NCBI GenBank assembly: GCA_045105515.1 | Contig: JBGCDR010000060.1 | Coordinates: 46,346-110,345, forward strand | Length of the DNA: 64,000 nucleotides | Direction: 5' to 3' | From: Oligoflexales bacterium | GTDB taxonomy: Bacteria > Bdellovibrionota_B > Oligoflexia > Oligoflexales > Bog-1112 | Part shown: positions 59,919-64,000 of the stretch, one piece after another | Position numbering within the stretch: the stretch's first letter is position 1 | Layout of the letters: each line of letters starts with the position of its first letter | Program-made: the position numbers and the translations under genes | The notes under the pieces: generated by a model | Seen by the model: only the letters and a program-made list of their open reading frames with translations | The model's database searches: none | What the model was told of the DNA's origin: nothing

Positions 59919-61073
59919 ATGACTTTAAGTTCACGTCCAATACAATTTCTTACCCTTTCTTCACTGCTAGTTGCCTCTCTAGCTTGCTCTAAACAAGAAT
60001 TTTTAGGAAATATTGAACTACCGACTTTTCCAACACAAGAAAACCCTGCTGATGATAACGAACAAACGCAACCAGAAAAACATACCCAGCCTAAAACTAA
60101 TGAAAAAAGTCCTAGCATATATTCAGATATAGATTCCGCTGAAGAAGAGCGAGAAAATAGCTCGACAAATTCTCAAAGCCCTGCATCCGAGAATCAAAAA
60201 GATGCCAAAAACGAAAACCAGCCAGATACCCAAAACACCAATAACGAAGAAAGTTTGCAAGGGCGTTCTATCAAATCCATGTCCCTACTGGGAGATAGCA
60301 TTGGAGTTGGAATGGTTTCAGGAAGTAAGCTTGGACATCTATCTTTTTCTAATCAAGTTCTAAATAATATTGGCTATGATTTAATTCAAGGAAGCTTTAA
60401 TATTGAGAGCTATGATGCTTACTTTAAAGAAAACGGTTATAACCCATTTACTTCGCAAAAAATAGACTCGCTAGCTGTTAACTTGGGATTATCTGAAAGC
60501 AATAGTCAAAACCTTGCTGTGAGTGGGAGCCGCATTTATCAGATTAGCGATCAAATTTCTCAAATGCGCAAGTCAGAATTAGTTGTCCTTGAAGTAGGAA
60601 GCAACGATATCTGCGCTAGTGATCATGAGCTAAATGATTTCTTAAAGGAATATGAAACGGTCCTGAGAGAACTAAAAAATCAAGTACACAAACCAGCTAT
60701 TGTGGTTGTTCCTGCATTTCCTGTACATAAATTACTTCGCTATACGAATACTGATTTATTCAAGAATCTTGGCCCCTTCGGAAACTCTCCCACATGTCAA
60801 GACAGCTACGCTTTGATGTGTGGTGCTTTGCTCAATCTATCGAAAGAAGAAATTTTAAAGCGTTATCAGGGAATAAATGATGGTATTGAGTCACTAGTAA
60901 AAAACCTCGACCCCAAGAGCGAACAATTATTCATTGCACCGAGATCAGGTAAGCTTACAATGAAGTCTGAATATTTAGCAATGGATTGTTTCCATCCCAA
61001 CTACAATTTTAATAAAGAGTATTCTAAGATGATTTGGGATGAACTCGAGAGCTCATTAACTACTGGGAATTAG
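59919..61073 (+). CDS. SGNH/GDSL hydrolase lipoprotein
   Basis: SLAC lipobox; LGDSIG, AVSGS, GSNDIC, DCFHP. Confidence 0.85.
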   Translation: MTLSSRPIQFLTLSSLLVASLACSKQEFLGNIELPTFPTQENPADDNEQTQPEKHTQPKTNEKSPSIYSDIDSAEEERENSSTNSQSPASENQKDAKNENQPDTQNTNNEESLQGRSIKSMSLLGDSIGVGMVSGSKLGHLSFSNQVLNNIGYDLIQGSFNIESYDAYFKENGYNPFTSQKIDSLAVNLGLSESNSQNLAVSGSRIYQISDQISQMRKSELVVLEVGSNDICASDHELNDFLKEYETVLRELKNQVHKPAIVVVPAFPVHKLLRYTNTDLFKNLGPFGNSPTCQDSYALMCGALLNLSKEEILKRYQGINDGIESLVKNLDPKSEQLFIAPRSGKLTMKSEYLAMDCFHPNYNFNKEYSKMIWDELESSLTTGN

Positions 61074-61135
61074 CACTTCCCCCAGCAGCTTAAATTAAGA
61101 AATAGCTACTAAATATTGGCATAATCTCTTATTTT

Positions 61136-61618
61136 TTACCAAACCAATTTCCCATCTTGAGCACATTTTCTCAATATTCTCAAACCACTTAAGAGTACGT
61201 CAAAATTGAAGATCGATGTAGCTGCTGTGCGGAGAACCCTTCGTTTATCTGCTAATGGGAGTTCACAATATCCTTCATCAATATAGCATTGGTAGTGGCT
61301 GGCTATAGCTTGTTTTTTCAAATCCACGCACATAATGTCAGGGCGCAGTTCATTTAACTTTTCTTGCAAACAGCCTCTGACTGCATATAGCCAGTCCTTT
61401 CCTTGAGAACTATAATGTTTGTCATTTTGATATTTAAGGCAATAGCGGTAGCCAAAGTCAATATTATAACCTTTACCACCACAAGGAGTCTGCATTTCTT
61501 TGCATAGGTAGTATTCGCAGCTATTATTTAGCACTTCGCAGGTGGTCTCTGCCTTTACATTTGTTCCAAAGCTGACTAAAAGAAATAAACAAGCATAGAG
61601 ATAGCGAAATAGATTCAT
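61136..61618 (-). CDS. Secreted 10-cysteine protein with a stanniocalcin-like pattern
   Basis: AGGAG SD, signal peptide ending VKA, Cys at residues 27,34,39,46,60,83,97,111,118,152; SQGKDW and QCY..GYC motifs. Confidence 0.7.
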   Translation of the reverse strand: MNLFRYLYACLFLLVSFGTNVKAETTCEVLNNSCEYYLCKEMQTPCGGKGYNIDFGYRYCLKYQNDKHYSSQGKDWLYAVRGCLQEKLNELRPDIMCVDLKKQAIASHYQCYIDEGYCELPLADKRRVLRTAATSIFNFDVLLSGLRILRKCAQDGKLVW

Positions 61619-62116
61619 AGATACTCCTAAAATACTGATGAATTGTCTATGTTTTAAATACTGGATTATCTTTGTATTTGTAAAGCAAACTTTCCAATGG
61701 TCTTTCAGACCTAAACATACTTAACGAAACACTAACTGTATCCGCGCAACTGTTTAATCCAAGCCGTTCAAAGGCCTTGGAAGCGAACCATGCTAATTTA
61801 CAGCAGGTCTAAACCCAAAGGACCGAATAAGTAAAAAACCTAATATTTCGAATTTTTTATAAAAAGACGGTAAACCCGATGCTGCAAATATTTTTGAGAA
61901 ATTAAGCAAAAAAGGGTCGCATTTCAGAACGTTCGATAATGAACTAAATATGGATTCCCTTGCTTCATGAAGAAGGCTCTTTCTATTTTAGTATTTGGCA
62001 TGACTATTTTTAAGGCTCTATTTAATAAATCATCCACATATTTCGATCGTACTCTTCAGTAAAATCTGTATGATCTTTAATCGATTATACTATCAACTTC
62101 GACAATCGAGTAAATA

Positions 62117-62884
62117 ATGTCTTATAAAATACATGTGCTAAAAGGCTATATTCAGACAATATATCTCATTGAAGAATCTAATGGTTTATTCTTACTTGAT
62201 GGATGTTGCCGTCCAGATGTGCCTACGGTACTTGATTTTATCAACAAAAATCTTCACAGATCTGTCCATGATTTGAAACTGGTAATTGCCACCCATGCTC
62301 ACCCAGATCATGCGGGTGGGCTTTATTTTTTCCAGAAACTTGGAATCCCCATAGCTGGACCTGTCAATCTAAATTCTTGGTATAAAGGTATTTCTGGATT
62401 AATTAAGTATCTCGTAGATATCTTACTGACCTATTTGGTAGCAATTATAAAGAAGCAAGGTTTAAAAAATGTCTTTTATCCAAGATCTTTTAGACTTGAT
62501 TATGAACTCAAAGATTCCGATATAATTCCTTATTTCGGTGCTTGGTGTGTTATCGAGACCCCAGGCCACACTGCTCTCGATCTTTCAATTTACCACTCTC
62601 AAACCAATCTAATTTATATAGCTGACAATTTTGTTTTATCTAAAGGAAAGCTCGTCCATCCTTACCCATTATGCTATCCAGAAAAATACAAAATCTCCCT
62701 AAAGAAATATCTAGATATGGAGATTCATAAATTTTTACTAGCGCACTACGGCCAAATTAAGATTTCAAAGGATCAAATAGAATCTCTGATAAGGTCGACA
62801 CCAAAAATACCGAGGATACACAGAAACTCACTTTCAAGCATACTTCTTAAGCTTTGCAAGGGGCTCTTAAAACTTGGGTTTTGA
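62117..62884 (+). CDS. Metallo-beta-lactamase-fold hydrolase
   Basis: THAHPDHAGG, TPGHT, YIAD, LAHYG. Confidence 0.9.
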   Translation: MSYKIHVLKGYIQTIYLIEESNGLFLLDGCCRPDVPTVLDFINKNLHRSVHDLKLVIATHAHPDHAGGLYFFQKLGIPIAGPVNLNSWYKGISGLIKYLVDILLTYLVAIIKKQGLKNVFYPRSFRLDYELKDSDIIPYFGAWCVIETPGHTALDLSIYHSQTNLIYIADNFVLSKGKLVHPYPLCYPEKYKISLKKYLDMEIHKFLLAHYGQIKISKDQIESLIRSTPKIPRIHRNSLSSILLKLCKGLLKLGF

Positions 62885-62979
62885 AGAGCTTATCAGTCTC
62901 CAGTTCTCCTACCAGCGCTGCTGAGCACAATGAACTCGAATTTTTTTTGAACATTTTTAGATTCAATCTGGAATTAAAC

Positions 62980-63861
62980 TTAAAGGCTGGGCTTAATTGT
63001 TAGAGATATCAGAGCATCCTTACATTTAGAAGCCCCTTTTCCTCTACTGTACATTGAGCCTGTTTCCCCGGAGTTATATATCCTTCCCCCAAATAAGAAT
63101 GCCGTTTCATCCGAACCACTTACATAGCCAAAACGTCTCGTACCCAAAGGAGGTCTAAATTTTTCCCTTTCTTCTTTATCGTCAAATGATTGCGATAAAA
63201 GAACTAAATCACCTTCTTCACCATAGACAGAGGGAAACTCACTTTTCGTACTCATGTCACATCCCTTATGCGACCAGGCGTTCACTGAGTTTTCGGTATC
63301 TGCACCGCGCAAAGCAGTTAAAATAGCACAACCTGCTTTTCTTTTCTTTGCGAGATAGTTCAAGTCAAAAACATATTCGGGTTCTTCATCAGCTTCCACC
63401 CGACGTATAAACACAGCTTGTGCTAAGTCGTGCCCATTGCCCGTACCAATAGAATCACCTTGTTGATCATAGATATCAAAGCTTGCACAGAAGCGCTTGT
63501 TTTCATCATGCCACTCCACGCAATCTAGCTCTGTGGAACACTGGTGGCGATTATCAGACTTAAAACACTCAGCAACTCGATTCCAACCTCTTAATTTTAA
63601 GGGTAAATCACGATCGGTACGATGAAGAAACAAAACTAACAAATCCCCTTCATTACTTTGCTCAGGTCTAGAAATTACGATCTGTCCAGTCTTATTATAG
63701 GCTGTCGTGGATCCAATACGGATGATACTAACCTCCCGATTTACCAGCCCAATAAAATTTTCATCGTTCTCGAATATTGGCACTTCAGAATACCCTTCAT
63801 GTACTTTATCATCGGAGCAAGAACCTGCTAAGAAAATTAAAATTATAAATACTTTATGCAT
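62980..63861 (-). CDS. Hypothetical lipoprotein, beta-rich with several cysteines
   Basis: Short hydrophobic leader with AGSC; two GDL(L/V)VL/LL strand motifs suggest an internal duplication. Confidence 0.65.
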   Translation of the reverse strand: MHKVFIILIFLAGSCSDDKVHEGYSEVPIFENDENFIGLVNREVSIIRIGSTTAYNKTGQIVISRPEQSNEGDLLVLFLHRTDRDLPLKLRGWNRVAECFKSDNRHQCSTELDCVEWHDENKRFCASFDIYDQQGDSIGTGNGHDLAQAVFIRRVEADEEPEYVFDLNYLAKKRKAGCAILTALRGADTENSVNAWSHKGCDMSTKSEFPSVYGEEGDLVLLSQSFDDKEEREKFRPPLGTRRFGYVSGSDETAFLFGGRIYNSGETGSMYSRGKGASKCKDALISLTIKPSL

Positions 63862-64000
63862 ATGTAGTGCCTGATTGGAAACACACCGCCGCCTTTGTAT
63901 GTAAGGCTTAGAGCACTATAATCTTTAGCGAATTTCCCCAGTTTCTCTAAAAAGGCTATAATTGTCGGAAAATCAAAAGATCTTGGGGGTGCCCATGCGC

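Noticed and set aside
61735..61760. ctgtatccgcgcaactgt resembling part of a cobalamin riboswitch
   Set aside because: No upstream AGGGAA element, no B12 box and no cobalamin-related gene downstream.
1..64000. tRNA, rRNA, transposase, integrase, prophage or anti-phage defence genes
   Set aside because: None recognised by eye; the unannotated secreted ORFs show no nuclease or NTPase motifs. Dedicated scans were not run.

Overview
Gene-dense, AT-rich bacterial chromosomal window (GC roughly high-30s %, judged by eye). Gene content and style (deltaproteobacterial-type pilMNOPQ, PilZ, HDOD, cNMP-binding and HAMP orphans, many secreted hypotheticals, sigma28-like promoters) suggest a Bdellovibrionota/Oligoflexia-like organism; this is inference, not a database result. 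In order it holds: a fused 2-oxoacid dehydrogenase E1; pilMNOPQ with a very acidic, low-complexity PilQ; TPR gene and aroQ; PilZ, pgeF, a Do protease and aroC; a metallopeptidase-Omp85-type protein; cheA-cheW and a single CheR-REC-CheB fusion; hmgA; a divergent Ham1 pyrophosphatase; two-component genes; tesA-ybbA-ybbP; a URC1-URC4-upp uracil cluster with divergent udk; sulfur/redox genes; pruA; and a terminal block of secreted proteins. I saw no tRNA, rRNA, CRISPR array, transposase or prophage. Top leads are a secreted protein with a stanniocalcin-like 10-cysteine pattern (61136-61618), the CheR-CheB fusion, the PilQ architecture, an SD-sequestering RNA structure between grxD and the cystathionine lyase gene, and a glutaredoxin with two plausible starts. 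All product calls come from motif recognition by eye.
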